From NCBI GenBank assembly GCA_965178125.1, contig OZ237768.1, positions 620,001 through 684,000 of the forward strand: DNA of 64,000 nt, read 5' to 3'. Below are positions 1 through 14,261 of this stretch, piece by piece. The translations under genes and the position numbers were made by a program. Position 1 is the first letter of the stretch. Each line of letters begins with the position of its first letter. The notes beneath the pieces are model-generated. The model saw only the letters and a program-made list of their open reading frames with translations. It searched no databases and was not told the origin of the DNA. This DNA is from Bilabrum cf. latius. Its lineage: Eukaryota.

Positions 1-3000
1 AGTGCCGATCCATGTTGCTTGCACCGGACCGGCTGCCAAGCCTATCTGAGGCCGCAGCTGTATGCTCATGGTACGCAGCTGGGATGTGCAGGTACTGGCG
101 AGATCTACAGCTGCCATGATAGTAGCAGTCAGCATTCTGACGGATGGTCGCATGACGCTTGAGGTGCCACCCGACAATCGTCCATCTTCCGGACGGACAC
201 CCATAGCTCCCCTGGGCAACCGAGTTGGCTATTGGCGAAACCATGCAAGCTTGAACGTTCCAGCGCTACCCTTGATCCTTACCGCTCTATACTTGGCGCA
301 TACTGCATCCACCACGGCCCCAATCCTGCGGTGCAGGCCAATCCCGGCGATGGGCCCGGCGAAGTCAGCGATCTTGTCGTAGCCGTGCAGGATGAGTGTG
401 AGCACGATCGAGTTGCCGAGGTCGACTGCAGCCGCTGACCGCGCCAGTGATTCCGTCGATCTTGCTACTTCAGATGGCAGTTCGTTTGGCAGCAAAAGTC
501 CAAGCTGACTGAGTGCGTCCCGACTTAACGAATCGCTACTGGCTGACCGTGTCGGTGTCGTTGCGTCCAGCTACCTCTAGTGGATGACTGCTGCAGGCAT
601 GATGGCTGCTGCTGCAGACTTGAGCTACTGCTTGCTGGCCTGAACAAGCTCGCTGTACGCAACCAGGGTGCTCCTGATGCGGAGCACTTGCTCCTGGAGC
701 GTCTGGGTGTCAACGATACGACGCGACAGTATCATTACCATGTACAGAGCTCCCGTGAAGATCGCCACGATACCCCCAAGCGACACGTCAGCGGGGTCAC
801 TATCTGATCCCAGCACTAGGGAGCACTTATCGAGTCTGGTGTTCTAAGAAAGGCCAACTGCCTCTCGGATCCACACGTACAATCCGACGGGAGTGCTGAG
901 TGCGACCAACACTCCGACAGTCAAGATCACGGGCCAGTTCCCATCGCATACGTGGAGCACGCCCACCAGCAGCTGGATTGCAACCAGTACCTGAGGCGCT
1001 TGATTCGACTGGCCCAGAATTCCTGCACACGACCCTCTAAAGGCCTAGAAGAGGAAGAGAAACTGGTACAGCACGTGCGAAATGTGAGCAGCTCCGTATG
1101 TATATAACGCACAGGCAGCACTGACCCTTTCCTACCGCATGGTCCACACAGCTCCAGCAACGCTCATGGAAAGGCCGCATGCGAGCAGCGGCAAAAATTT
1201 CAAAAGTATCAACAAACATGCTTGTGATTCATCCCAGGACGCTAGTCCAGATGCAACCTCGAGATTGAAAGCCTTCGCCCATTCAGTCATTCCGTTCTGC
1301 AGAAGTGCCACGCCCGAGAGCAGCAAGAGAAGACTCGAGCCAGCCGTGGTGCCTACAATTCCTCTGGCGTCGTCTTTGCGATCTAGGCTAGGTAGAACAT
1401 GCGCAGCGACTGACCCGCATCCCTCCGTCTCAGCTACACTAAGCTATTCCGCTTGCGGATAGCAGTGCCCTGCAAACGCCCCCATGTTCAGCGTGCCTGC
1501 ACCAATGTGGGCTTTACCAAGCACTCGTTGGAGCCACTTCGGCATGTCCTTTCCCGCCGTATCCCTAAATTTGCTTGGCGTAGGATAGACAGATTCATGA
1601 AGGTTGCTTACCACGGTGGCGGACGGCAGCAACGTGTCGTCAGGGCCCCCAGATAGATGCTGACCAGACGCGATCGCAGCAATTAGCACGTCGACTGCAC
1701 GCTCAATGGACAAGGCCAGCGGCTCTTTCGCTGTGAGAGTGATATCGTCATCGCATCGTAGAGGAAGAAACACGACCCTGCCAGCTGCTGCCTGAGCATC
1801 GTCACCTGTAGTGTGCGTACTAGAGTCGCTGACTTTGCCCGAGTCGGATGCGGTCCCACGCTCCAGCGGCCTGTCTCCGGTGGTCTGTAACAGATAAGGC
1901 ATATTGGGATCGTCGCTGGAGCTTTTTTTGGCGCGGCTGCTTTGAGGATAAGGGTGCCGGGCGGCACTGGATCTACCTGCATCCACAAGGCGGCCAGTTG
2001 CCTTCACAGCCACCGAAGTACGTTCGGCCTATGCGCTCTGCAGCGGTTCTCGCATCCATTTAATGAGTACAGAAAGCGACCTCAATACCTGCTGCAGGCC
2101 TGCCAAGGTCCGTCGAGATTCCGTGCTAGCTGTACTTGGCTTGCTCGAGCCACTAGATCCAATCCCCCGGCTGGAAGCGCGCGTTGGATTCCTAGAACCA
2201 GAACCAGCTGAGGAGGCGATGGAGCTGGCTCCCATTCCCGCAGCAAGTTCCCACGAAATACCGGCGTTAACACCAGCCTCTATCGCTTCCAATTGCCGCA
2301 ACAATCGGAGAACGGTGTCTTTGTCAGCTGCGAGCGAATGCTCAGCGTCTCCATGCGTAGGACTGCTGTCTCCCAAGATGTGCCTACGTGCGGGAGAGGC
2401 CATGCGATGACTGGAAGAAAGTCGCACCGCATGCGACACGCCCCCGCCGAACACGGCCCACTCCTGGGGCTGTTGCTGCAAGCCTAACAGCCCAGCCACC
2501 ATGGCAGTCTGCGACGAAGACGGGTACGACAAGCCGCCGTGAAGCGACACTCCCCGGTCTGAGGCTCGATTGGCTCCGGCTGCAAATCTACCGATGGCTG
2601 CAATGCACGCAAACAGATTGCACGTTCTAGTGAGTTTGGCGGTCGAAGGCGGCAGATTCATTGCCGGCGTGCGCATGCCAACCGCAGCTGTCCACACCGA
2701 TGTGCCCCCGCTTCCAGCTCCCAGCCTAGACGCGTCCAGCTTGTCAATCCGAACCTGCTTGCTCACAGCGGACCAGTTCGTGCTGGCCAAGTCGTACAGC
2801 GCTGATCTCTGGCTTTTGGTGAGCACTCCCACAGCCGCAGCACCGTCGGAGCGATCCGTTGAGCTGCTCAAAGCAGTCACATAGCTCTGGGATAGAGCCG
2901 GTAGGATGCCACGAGAGATAGCTAGAGCCGATTTGTACTCCCTGCGCAGGTGATGCGAGCCATGGGCGGGCGGTGCATCCATGGCCTCGCACAGCACAGT

Positions 3001-3158
3001 CAGCGCACGTCTGGAGGAGATCTTCCGCCGCCAACTCCGGCTCTAGGTCTGAATCCCAACTGCAGCCGAACTGGCCGGATCGGCTTCTTCCGGCTGTGTG
3101 CCAAGGATACCAGTTTGAACTTCCTCGCAAGCGCTGCCTGAGCCCTACTCAGCAACTT

Positions 3159-3192
<34 letters not shown>

Positions 3193-5787
3193 GGCAGAGG
3201 CAGCAGAGGCAGCAGCAGAGGCAGCGGCAGAGGCAGCGGCAGCCGCCACAGTATTAGCAGCAATAGCACGTTGTGAAGCTAGTACAACCTTGCTTAGAAC
3301 CGGGGGCGGCATGCTGACGTACAATTCGTCTCTTTCGCACATATGGTCTGCAGACACGGTGATTGCATGCATGTCGGTGAAAGTGCTCTGCACTGCATCG
3401 CTGGGCTTGCCTTCCCTGCTCGTCGAGCTGCTACCAGCGCGGGAGGTGCTGGAGCCAGTGCGCGTCGCTCCAGCTCCCCCGTGCGATAACGCGTGGCGGT
3501 TGGGAGACCGTCGGCTCGACTGGGCCTCTGAACGGCCCCGATCTGCAACACGTCTGGCGGACGAGGCGGGTACGCTTCCATGCGCGGACAGGGCCTGGCC
3601 TCCATCGGGCGCTGGCCCCGAAGCTGATGCTGACGCTGACTCTGATTCTGCCGCAGATGCAGACGACGCAGATCCATACCTCGGGCCCCCCATCTATCTC
3701 AACTTGGACGACTTGGAGCACGACACTGCCAGTATGACCGGCCTGGTCTCGAACGCGGTCACTCCAGCCTCCATGCACTCCCTGGCGAAAGGGGGCACCT
3801 GGTCCACCACCGAGTCGATGATCGTGCACTGCTGGACCATGGCATCTTGCTGTGCCCTCAGGAGCTCTTGTTCCCTGGATGACGCGATCCATCGGAGAAT
3901 TTCCTGCTCTGACGTCACAATTGCTCCGAACAGGAAGGGCACAGCGAGGGTAAACACCGCCACGTCCAGAACCGTCCCGATCCCGTTCAGCCCAAGAGGC
4001 GAGAAAAAATCGTACCTGTGCACGGGGGGCATGCTATCCAGGTGTGACGTGGCGAAGGGCCAGCCGTCTTGTGCGAGTGCCACACCAACGTGTGTGACGA
4101 GTGTCCACGCCAGGTAGGCCCAGTGGAGCCCCATCCACTGCCAGCAGATCCGGTCGAAATCGAACGGGACCAGGATCGGCCAGGAGATCCAAACGGGTAC
4201 GAGCAGAGTCACACCGCGCCCCGGGCTGACGACGAGATCGAGCACCGCTGCAAGGACTGTGAATAGCATCAGACTGAAGACTGGAAGCACCTGGCGCGCT
4301 GCCACGCGCATGGCAATCGATGACAGGTGCGCTAGCTCGATGATTCCATGCTTGGTAGCTCTAGAATTTAGTGCGGGGTCACTGCTCAGTGCATTCACGT
4401 TTCTCTCCCTGCTCGCACGAGCCTGGCAGGGGGATGAACGTAATTGTCGTTGCTTGGCGGTTGAAGCCCCGCTGCCTGCAGCAGCTTCGACCTGATGCCC
4501 AGCAGACAGAATCCCAGATCTATCGTTTGGAAGCGAACAATCATCGCTGTCTGAACTATCGCTGGAGCCGGAAAGGCTGAGGCTGTTCGAGTGCTGCGTT
4601 GAGGTGCGATCGCTTCGAGTCGTCGAGTTGCGACCATCGAGTGCGACCTGACCAGCGCTAGCTTGACGAGAGGTTGACGATTCGGAAGCGATGATCGCAT
4701 TCGCAGAGGCAAATCCTCCTGCAGTATTTGCACGTTGATGCGGTACGCTTCCGTATTCTTCCCCTTGTCCGCCACTGTCGGCAATAGCGACCCGATTTCG
4801 AGCCGAGGCAAACGCCGGTGCTCGTCCTTCGCAGCACGTGCAACAGTACCTTCTGATACACAAACGGCTACCGAATATGTTGTTGATGATACCAAATTGG
4901 TCATACCAGCCCTTCAGTGCATTCAGAACCAAAGCAGGGGAGTGCACGTAGCTAATGCTGGCTCGTCTACTTGTTACCGGGCGGTTCCCCACCATAAGGA
5001 CGTTTTCTGCTGTGTTCGTACTACTGGAAAGCGGTTTCGGCCGAGCAAATGAGTTGTTTGATTCTAGACGACCCTATGTAGCGACACTTCGCTTATTTGA
5101 AACGGACTTCTTTGAAGCGCAGCTCCCCACATGCTGCACACCGTGTCCCGATTGGCGGCACGAATCGCTTTGATTAAAGACAAACGACCATAATTGGAGC
5201 AATATTCTACTTATCACAAAGAAGAACCCCCATAAACACGCCATTCTCAACTGTAGCTGGGACATTGCTACCTTATCGCGCAGCGATTGCGGCGTTGTAG
5301 GCGTTCGTGCGACACGGCCCGCGTTCCCTGAACGGCCACAAGGGCGATCACTGCCGCCAAAATGCTTCTTTTTATACGTCTGGCTCTCACGCACATCTAT
5401 TGAATTCGAAGACACATTTTCCACCCGATGCAAGTCGCTCGAAATCCACAAAGCAGTTCGCTCCATCTCGATTGCAAGAATCAGAAGCAAAACAAAACAG
5501 CATATGCCAACGATCGGCAACATGATTGATGCATCCGACTGGTCCACTTCTAAATTTGGAGAAAAACCAGCTGTTGATGGTACAGGAGCTAACGCATACG
5601 AGCAGATTGCGGCACAAAACAGACACGTCAGGCATACATTGCTAAGGAAGAGGCCCGTATCGCCAGGATTGCAATTGATACACGGTAATAATGCTGATAT
5701 CATGATTATTGTGGCGTTCAGCTCGGTCGTCGTGTGGTGAATGGCGAATCGCAGGTTCTTGATCATCTCATCATCTTGCCGCCGCAT
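1..5787 (-). CDS. Multi-pass membrane protein with degenerate class III adenylyl/guanylyl cyclase-like domains (3' end runs off window; TAG=Gln)
   Basis: ORFs 5074-5787, 3694-4995, 3145-3693, 2029-2997, 1444-2013, 1132-1326, 625-816 and 229-495 are all in one frame, separated only by TAG (about 13). Two hydrophobic TM clusters. Cyclase-like segments 'LHGGLSY..MVAGLLG..QEWAVFGGGVSHAVRLSS' and 'LLPNELPSEVA..IVLTLILHGYDKIA..GP..VDAVCAKYRAVRIKGSAGTF'. Start codon uncertain. Confidence 0.6.
3161..3246. repeat. (GCA)n/GCAGAG microsatellite encoding an Ala/Ser tract of the minus-strand gene
   Basis: Direct GCAGCAGCA...GAGGCAGCA run. Confidence 0.9.
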
Positions 5788-6842
5788 CGCGTCAGCATCG
5801 TCACATCACCCTCTCCACAAGCATCTAGCATTCTGGTCGTCTGATTGTTACTACACAGAGTGGCGGTGGTTTCCCGCCTCCACCCTTCATCCCATGAGTT
5901 GTGTTGAGTTGGCCCCCTGGTCGGCCCGCCCCGGTTAAGCGCGGCATCATGCTAGCGCTGCTCTTGCCGGGGCTTATGCCGGGCAGGGGGTCGGAGGGTG
6001 CCCCCAGAACTAGAGCAATGGGGGCTTGGATGGTGGGTGGAACAGGATATCTTTGAGAGGTGTTCTGTCTTACTAATACTAACTTTGCTCCTCTGTCATT
6101 AGGTAAGAATGGCACGGGAGTGATCCGGTCCGGTGCGGACGGCTCGGATCAATGTTGCGTGCACTTGCAGCCGCTAGTGCCGTATAGGCCTAACTGGAAG
6201 TGATGTGCAGGCCTGGAGTTACTTGCGCGTAGTCTACCAGCCGCTAGGCGAGGCATACTCATACCATGCACCGCGAGTGCCATCAGTCCTGCCGCACGGT
6301 TGCCTTCGCAGGGCACGGGTGTCAGCGAGAGACCCACTTGCGCCTTGCTACTAGTCTAGTAGCGTCTAGATCAGATCTAACCCAGATCGGGCTTAGATCG
6401 CTATTAGCGGGCAGGGTCAGCTGTTCGCCCTTGAACGTTCGACTGTATCCGGTCTGAGGGTTTCGTCGCAAAACTTTGCCTCGGCGCCGGATGTGCACTG
6501 CACACTACTGAGACATCTGAGATACGTGCTGCACGCACTGTCCACTGTGTACACACTCGTCACATCCATTCCCGTGCTCATCAAGATGCATGTGGATGGA
6601 CCGAGGGTTATAATGCAGTGCACGAGCCAATAGTATGCTTCAAGTTGTCAATTTGCACGACCCCCGAGCTACCAGCCCCCTGCCTCCCTTTGCCCTCCCC
6701 CGATAGCTAACCTAGTGTGCCTGAGTGGATAATGTGGCGCGTAGCATGCGAAAATCGGTACACTTTGGATCAATGACGCTCACACATTTTGCCTCACCTC
6801 GAAGCACATCAATACCGTGAGAAGGCCAAGAGGTCATCCGCC

Positions 6843-9800
6843 TCACATGTACTGCTCTGCCTCATCATGTCTGCCCTACCCCTACAGCACTTGAATAAGG
6901 TCCCGCCTTCGTGAGAAATACACTGGATGGTACGTCCCGTGCTTGATCGCAGTGTACTCAAGCAGCTCTCTCATGGCATCAATGGCCCTGTCATACTTGC
7001 CCACCTATTGGCAGAGGTTTACAACCTTCCCGAGGTTGTCCACGTACCACGGTAGGTGCGTGCAACCGTTCGCCTTCAGGACCCGGTAGCACCGCTCGTG
7101 CAGATCAGCAGCCAAGCCAGGGTTTCCTGTCTTCACGCAGCATTCACAGACCTGGTACAGCATCTGCACGCTTGCCTCAGCCTCAGCCTGGCCTTGGCAC
7201 TCTTGATGCTTGGCATCGTACAGCTGCACAGCAACCATTGCCTGGTCAGCCATACCATGGTCGAGCCGGTCGATCCCGTTCAAATAGTCTGCCTTGCGCT
7301 GGAGCAGGTCAATCAACAGGCCATGGTCCACCTGTACACGACCACTAGAGCCAGAGACAGAGTACCTCGCAGCACTCCCTTCGGCACTCGGGGATTCAGC
7401 ACCACACTTTCCATCGGAGGCTCCTGCCCCGTTGCCCGAATCTCGCCTCGCTGCACTCCATTCATCACGAAGCAGTCTCTGGGCTCCATCAATCGCGGCG
7501 GTAAGGCAGCCATCCAGCAGGCGCAGCGCCTCGTCGTGATTGCCCAGGGCTTTCAGGCTTTGTATCAAGGTGATCAACGTCCCCTTGTACTCGGTATGCA
7601 GTGGACCAAGCCATCTTCCTTCGATATCTAAACACTCTTGCAACAGACTACACGCCTCCGAGTGATTGCTCTGTCTCTGCCGACACTCACCTAGATGATA
7701 GCACGACCGAGCATAGCGCAGTGAACAAGACCTATTTCTGCCTTTACCTTGCATGGATTGCCTGCACTCGCGAAAGGTCTCCGCGGCCGCATCGAGTTTC
7801 AGCATTAGCAAGTAGCACCGCCCAATGTTGAGCTCGCCATCCACGTAGTCTGGGTGCTACTTGCCAATCCTAGCTTTCCGAATGATCTGGCACTTTTGGT
7901 AGCTAGCCATCGCCTCCTCATACTTGCCTTGCTCTCGCAAGCACGATCCGATGTTGTTCAGGCAGCTGGCATACAAGGGGTGTGACGTGCCGACCGAACG
8001 ACTATAGGTCTACATGGCTCGCTAGTAGTACTGCATTGCCGCGTTGAGGTCTCCGTGTGATTCAACTAGGAAGGCACCGGTGTTTGACAGTGCGACACCG
8101 TACTGTGGATGCATCTTCCCGAGCACCAGTTCTGCAATATGAAGCGACTACTGTTGTAGGCGTAGAGCCTGCCTTGCTTCGCCCATACTACGCATGCAAA
8201 TCGCCATGTTTCTCAACGATGTGGCATACTCGTCGTGCTGAGTGCCATATAGAGACTTCCTAAGCTCTAAGCATTCTGAGAACAACTCCTTTGCCTCAAT
8301 GTAGTGTTCGGCTTGCTGCAAGCTTGCAGCAAGATTACTGACTGCGCTAACGTACTCTGTGGTACCCTTGCCGTATGCTCTCTCATTTATCTGCAAGCTC
8401 TTACGATAGTGTTGAATGGCCTCATCGTAGAGTCCCTGCTCCATCAAGCAGGTTGCCATGTTGTTCAGCACCTTGCTGCACTCAGTATCCCACTCACCAA
8501 GATGTTGCGTCAGAATTGCTAGACTACTACGCATTAAATCCATGGCCGGATCATACCTGGCCAGACTAGACAATGCCCCTCCCAACCTATTCTAGGCGGC
8601 TGCGTGCTAAATAGACCCTTTGCCGTGCGCGGTCGTCGCCACCCGCAGAGCTTCTACAAACGTGTCTGCGGCCTCATCCATGTTTCCCAGGGTGAACAGG
8701 CATGTCGCAAGCTTCGTTAACGCGGCCACGTACGGATCAAACGCCTTTTCTCGATCCTGCACCGGTGTTTCTGGTGTAAACTCGATCATGGTTCCCGTGG
8801 AGCGAGACATACGCTCTTGGGCACAGAGTGTGGCGGTGGCGATGCGCAAGGTGCGAAGGCCTGAGGACCGTACCGCAAACGAATCGATAGACCTGATAAT
8901 GGATGCAGCGCCCTGCGACCCGATTCGCTGCATGTGCGCCAGCTCACGGAACAGAGGGGCAGTAGCCTCACGACTCGAGAGACGGTGGACGCCTCCAGAA
9001 GCGGCGATGTCAGTTCCAACGCAGACGGTTGGCCCGTCATCCAGTCCCGCTGATTGGTGCCCCTGGGAAGCTGCAAATGCAGCCATACCTTCCGCTAGCA
9101 CTGATTCGCACAGGTTGTGAACCCCTTTGGAAGCATAGCAGTAGGCAGCGAACAGAACACACGGCGGCGTAGGATTACTCTTCCCTGCTAGTCGGTGGCC
9201 GGCCAGCTGAATTGAATTGTAGGCCAGTGACGTACTTCGAATACCAAACACAAGCGCTTTCTATACTTGAGCTTTGACGCTGGTGGCCGGATCCAACGCG
9301 TCCACAAGCAGTCTTGAATGTCGAAGGCCGAGGCCTACCGAGTGCATTGCTCGCTTGATCGTGTCACGATGCCGCGCAAGATGTACGGCTGGGTCGAAGC
9401 CTTCGTCCATGCACATCTCAATGGCGATTTCATCTCTGTAAGCTTCTACACATCGGCCTCTGGCAGCTGCGTATAGCCGCTTTATCAAGGCAGATGCCTA
9501 TCGTCTTGCTTTACCACCGTCGCTTGCCATCATTATCATGTCAGGGTTCAGCCCCCCTGACTCTGCGTTCGTTGACAATCGCCGCAGATGATCGCTGGCC
9601 TCCGGAGGAAGCAGGCACGCGAGGGTCACCCCTCCGCAGTAGAGCCATTGGGGGCAGGACACAACGGCTACTGCGCCTGTCGTCGCTCCACCGCTTGCAT
9701 TACACCGTGCCACTACACAACCAGCATCTGGGCACACTTGAAGGTCGCTAGAATCGAACCGAATCCGTGCACTGCTGGCAGCGGAACTACCATGAAGTCC

Positions 9801-11993
9801 ACCTACACTTCTACAGCCGTGATCGTCGCACCACCCGTTCAGTGCTGCAGCAAGCGAATCCAAACGGTCAGACTCGGGCAGGAAATAACATCCATCAAAC
9901 ACAGGTAGCTGCCCAGTCTCAACACTGCCATTGATGACCATCCAAACTCGCGGAGCCGCATCCGTCGACTTCATCCAGTCTATCCACACGACGTCTGGGA
10001 TCAGCAGCCGGTGGGTGTCCAGCACCATCCGCTGCCCATTGTCCAGCTGATGGAGCTCCACGTCGAAGGGCAGATGAAACGTGAACTATGCATCCTCTGA
10101 ATCGACGACAGCATGAGTCTTTCGAGGCAACGCCAGCACGGCACGATAGTCTAGGACTGCTCCAGAGGCCCTGATCGAGTCTGCCACCGCCCTATCAAGG
10201 TCAAACTCCTTGTTGGAGAGCTCCTCATTCGAAGCAGAGGCAGCAGATGGACCAGACTACTCCACGAGGTGCCCAGGATCTAGGACCTTTTCCACCTTGC
10301 GTAATGCGGCTGGATCCATCCCCGCAACGCGCATCGAATCGACGATAGATGGAGGCTCCACAGGTGTCGGAGTATCACCCTCCACCTCACCAGAGGATCC
10401 ACGGCAGGCAATAGCAGCCGTATGAGCAGCCGAATCACGGTACAAGTGTTCTATGACATGAGCCCTTCCTATGTACTGGCCTACGAAGAAGTGCTTGGCC
10501 AGTGGCTTGACCACGTCCTCCAGCTGCTCCTCGTCCCAATGAGCCGACCTGCCACCATCCGAAGACCCGACTCGCAGTGTTGTGCTACTCCACGACGTTG
10601 GATCGGAGCGGCAATAGCCCCTGATACGAACCAGAGCAAATACCTGGACACGAATGATGATACTTTGACCACCAGTGAGCCGAATGGGCAAGTCAACGCA
10701 CTGCAGCAAGGGAGTTGATACGTGCACGCTGTCCATCGCATGCACCCACCGACTCGCCGCCGCCTCTCGCTTGGCCGCCTTGGCTGCCATTCGATAGCTT
10801 CCATAAATTTGATGCTTCTCGTTGTCGAAAGGGAACTTCAAGAAGAGCCCAAGCGGCTCATGTATGGCCTTAACTCCGCCCGCGATGCCACCAGCCTCGA
10901 TGAACCTATTCCCCGTGCACTCCTCGATGGCTCGCTTGTCAGCATCGGTGAATCCAACGGGATTCCCACTACTCGCAAACTGCATGGCCACAGCTGGGAA
11001 GCCACTAAGTGCGCTCATCACATCGGCTCCAAACTCAGCACCGGTTTCCTGCAGCTTATCCTTTCGGATTTGCTGCTGGAATGGATACAGGGCGATTTCC
11101 CGCTTGGCTTCCTCAAAGGCTGTCTGCCTGCTGGAGCCTTCACTGTATGCAGCGCCTTCTTCTTCACCGGGCCCATGTGTGGTCACTGGCGGATCGGTAT
11201 GACCCGGCGCCGTGCTTCCGCTCGACGAGTCTTCGCTCCGTGTGGCTCGCGAGGCCATAGGCCTCTGCGACGGTGGCGCGTGGAGATCGTCGGGATACAT
11301 GGAGGTCCCCGCCCCCGATGCTGCAGGTTGGCTTGCAGAGTGGCTGGGTGTTTTACTACCGGCAGGGATAGAGCCGGATGCACATGATGCGCTGCTGTCG
11401 CTGCTGTCGCTGGCTGCACATGTGGTTTTGAGAGAGAGAGGCTTCTCCGGGGCCTGGCCCGCACTTGCCGCTGCCAGCGTCGAGCCGCCACCAGCAGCAC
11501 CATAGGTGCTTTTCACAGAATCTGGTGGCTGTGAAACATGTTTACCAGCTTGGTTCGGTAGGAACAAATTGTCGCATTCTGCCCCATCGATGCCGGCGAA
11601 TCCTGACTGTCCAGCCAGAAGTCGAGCGCCTGATCTAGCCCCTGACCCCGCTGTAGCTGCTCTGCATGTGGCCATAGACTTCTACAAGCATGCCGTTCTA
11701 TCACTCTCGCCATGTGAAGCGGCTTCTACATCTCTTGGTGCATCGCATCCGACGGCTGTAGTGCTACCGAGACAGCTTGCTGGAGCAGCACGCTGGTCCG
11801 AGTCAGATACGCTGCCAGCAGAAGAATTGCACTCAGGCTGACGCTAATTTCCTCTTGCAATCGTATTACATGAGCCGGATTCCATCTGCGGCCTCAAATT
11901 ATCAGTACTGGAGTCTGCAAAACCTGAACTTTCTACTCGAGCAGTCTATTGCGTCTCGCCTGCTGAGATGCGGGCCAAATGCTGCCTCTCCAT
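6843..11993 (-). CDS. CLU (clustered-mitochondria) domain + kinesin-light-chain-type TPR repeat protein, paralog 1 (~1716 aa, TAG=Gln)
   Basis: One frame from ATG 11993 (alternatives 11885, 11675) to TGA 6843-6845, with about 16 TAG and no TAA/TGA. CLU motifs 'GLFLKFPFD..Y..AAKAAKRE..STPLLQCVD..TLRVGSSDGG' and 'FDVELHQLDNGQRMVLDTHRL'. TPRs such as 'LNNMATCLMEQGLYDEAIQHYRKSLQI'. Confidence 0.85.
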
Positions 11994-12307
11994 GATAAAA
12001 CCAATATAATACTGCTATTAATTTTGAAGTTGAGTAGCTCAAGAACAAAATGGGAATGCAGCACGCTTTGTTGACCTTGCTTAGCCAGTGCAACCGTCTA
12101 AATCGATCTCATCGAACCAATCAAGTACACGCGTAATGAAGCAGACATATAAACTTACCTTCTTGCAGTTTATTTCCGGTAGAGTATTTCTCTATGACTG
12201 TAAGTAGATCTAGCGTTCCAGATATCCGATTCCACGAAACAGAAAATAGAAATAAATACAGAAATACAGAAATACATTGTTGGGTAAAGATTCCGTAAGC
12301 ACCCAGA

Positions 12308-13340
12308 CATACCCCGCCAAAGGGGCTGTCAACAAGAGGGTTGTAAACTAGGGTGTCAACAACTATTTAGTCAAATCATGAGCTGTTGTCGACACCCCCC
12401 CCCCTTAAGGCGTGATGGCTTTGGGCACCGGAAATGGCGAATACATATTTGGATTATTCATTAAATGTACATATTAATGTCTTAGTCTAGCTATCAGCTA
12501 CCTTCTTGCATGTAGAGATAAAATTGTAGCGTTATGAGGTGCATGACCAATCTGCATTGCAGAAAGTTGCTCGTCAATTGCGATACGGCTGAGCTCGTCC
12601 TTGTCATCGATCAGCCCCTGCTCCGCTCGCAGCTTCTAGAGCATCAGCATCACCAATCTGGTTCTCATTTGCTCTGGGTACACACCTGGTTCCACCGGTA
12701 AGTCAGCACAACCGGGAAAAAGGAGTTGGAGTTGCTCCATACTGTCCTTGTCAAACACACAGATTTTCGATAGCATCTTCTCCAGAACTGCGATGGACAC
12801 TTCGCGGTCACGTCGGGTAAATTGCCTCATCTAAGCGTTGTTCGGGTGATAGCCCCGTCCTCCTGTCGTCACCGCAAGCCTTCAACACCGGGAAGAGCCG
12901 CTCCACCTCGGCACTTGAGAGCGGCTGCATTAGGACGAACCGAGCCATCTTGATTGTCGTTTGTATATTGCTCGCATTCCGCTTTGATATTCTTCACCCT
13001 ACCTTGCCTGCTACTCGAATTGGCCCTGCTGAAGCAACACTTCTCTGTCGAGATGACGCCGCGATCACTGCCGACACGAGCCGCTCGGCCTCCAGCCACA
13101 TCCCAAATGGGTCATCCTTGAACTTGCCGGCCTACAAATATCCCCAGAAGCGACTAGTATACCGATTTAGATTTCGTCTTTTGGTTTTTCTACTGATTCG
13201 GCGCTGCAGCTGTCAGCCGATGGACCCCCCTTTGGGGAAGGGGGTTATAAACTCCTCGAGCTAGCACCCCCTTTTGTTGACACCCTGTTGACACCCCCCC
13301 CCCCGGCCAAAACCTGTGTGCAACCCCTTGGCGGGGTCTG
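12308..13340. mobile_element. Non-autonomous hAT-like DNA transposon (~1.03 kb)
   Basis: Imperfect TIRs: CATACCCCGCCAAAGGGG (12308-12325) versus the reverse complement of 13324-13340, CAGACCCCGCCAAGGGG. Flanking 8-bp duplication CACCCAGA (12300-12307) / TACCCAGA (13341-13348). Subterminal TGTCAACA/TGTTGACA repeats in inverted orientation. No transposase motif seen. Confidence 0.7.
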
Positions 13341-14261
13341 TACCCAGATGCACCGTCGCCCCCGAGGGGGTTTGGGTGATCACCTAGATCCAGAGGAGCC
13401 CTAAAACAAAGGACTACAAGACTCCCGACCCTTTCAGGCCAAAGGCCCCCCGTTCTCAGCCTATGCCGCCGAGTTCCCATTCTTCGCCATCAGTGTGGTC
13501 CCCCACAGGCCCCCAGCCTGTTGCCTTCACAAGGAGAAAGCATACAGGTGCGGAGCGTGTGCCCGGCACAAGGCGCGGTCCAGTCCCACATCGGGGTCCC
13601 CGGTCGAGACCCACCATTTCCTCCTCCATGACCGTCTCTGCGTCTCACGATCCTTCAGAGAGGCGAGCATGCACGCGCTCATGCCTTTGGCCCATTGCCT
13701 CTCTATATCCTTTAGCAAGCCGTGGGGCTTGAAAATCCGTCGCTGTAGTCGGGCGTTCGCATTGGTTGCCACTATCAGCTCCTGCGTGGCCGTGGCGGCT
13801 AAGGCAGCCGCCGCATCACCACGCATCCACTGCCTGCATGTCAGCTGCTCCTGCTGGCGCAGCTGGTTTCTGAGCACCTGCACCACTCGGTTGGCCAGCA
13901 CCTTGACAGCTGTACGTTCCGAGGACCGTGCAATCGTGCGCTCTAACGATTGTATTCTACTTTATAGTGAGCACTTTTGCGAGATGCCGCGGCGCGTTCC
14001 GGTATTGGATCCTTCTGACTGATCCCTTTCCATCCGGTGCCTAAAGTCAACTGCAGTACTCCAGTGAGCGATACAATGTAGTGTCACTAGGTGTCAGCTT
14101 GCAAATTCTGATGTAGATTCTTGATCAGGCTTCAGTATTTCCCTATTATATTTCGCAGCTGCGGCAACTGTATCGCTTGTCGGACTACTTTGTCAAAGTT
14201 TGTCAGCCTGTTGCCTTCTCGTGCATTCTATTCCAGACTTTCACTCTTTGTAGTGGGTTTA

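Noticed and set aside
2973-3269. Poly-Gln and poly-Leu ORFs
   Set aside because: Alternative-frame readings of the GCA microsatellite inside the cyclase-like gene.
5800-6840. CTAG/GATC-rich intergenic stretch as a possible MITE or RNA gene
   Set aside because: I found no convincing TIR/TSD pair or tRNA cloverleaf. I did not see a suppressor tRNA-Gln(CUA) anywhere in the window.
13349-14100. Possible gene or retroelement fragment (ORFs 13527-13901 and 13495-14022)
   Set aside because: No recognisable motif and no consistent extension under TAG=Gln.
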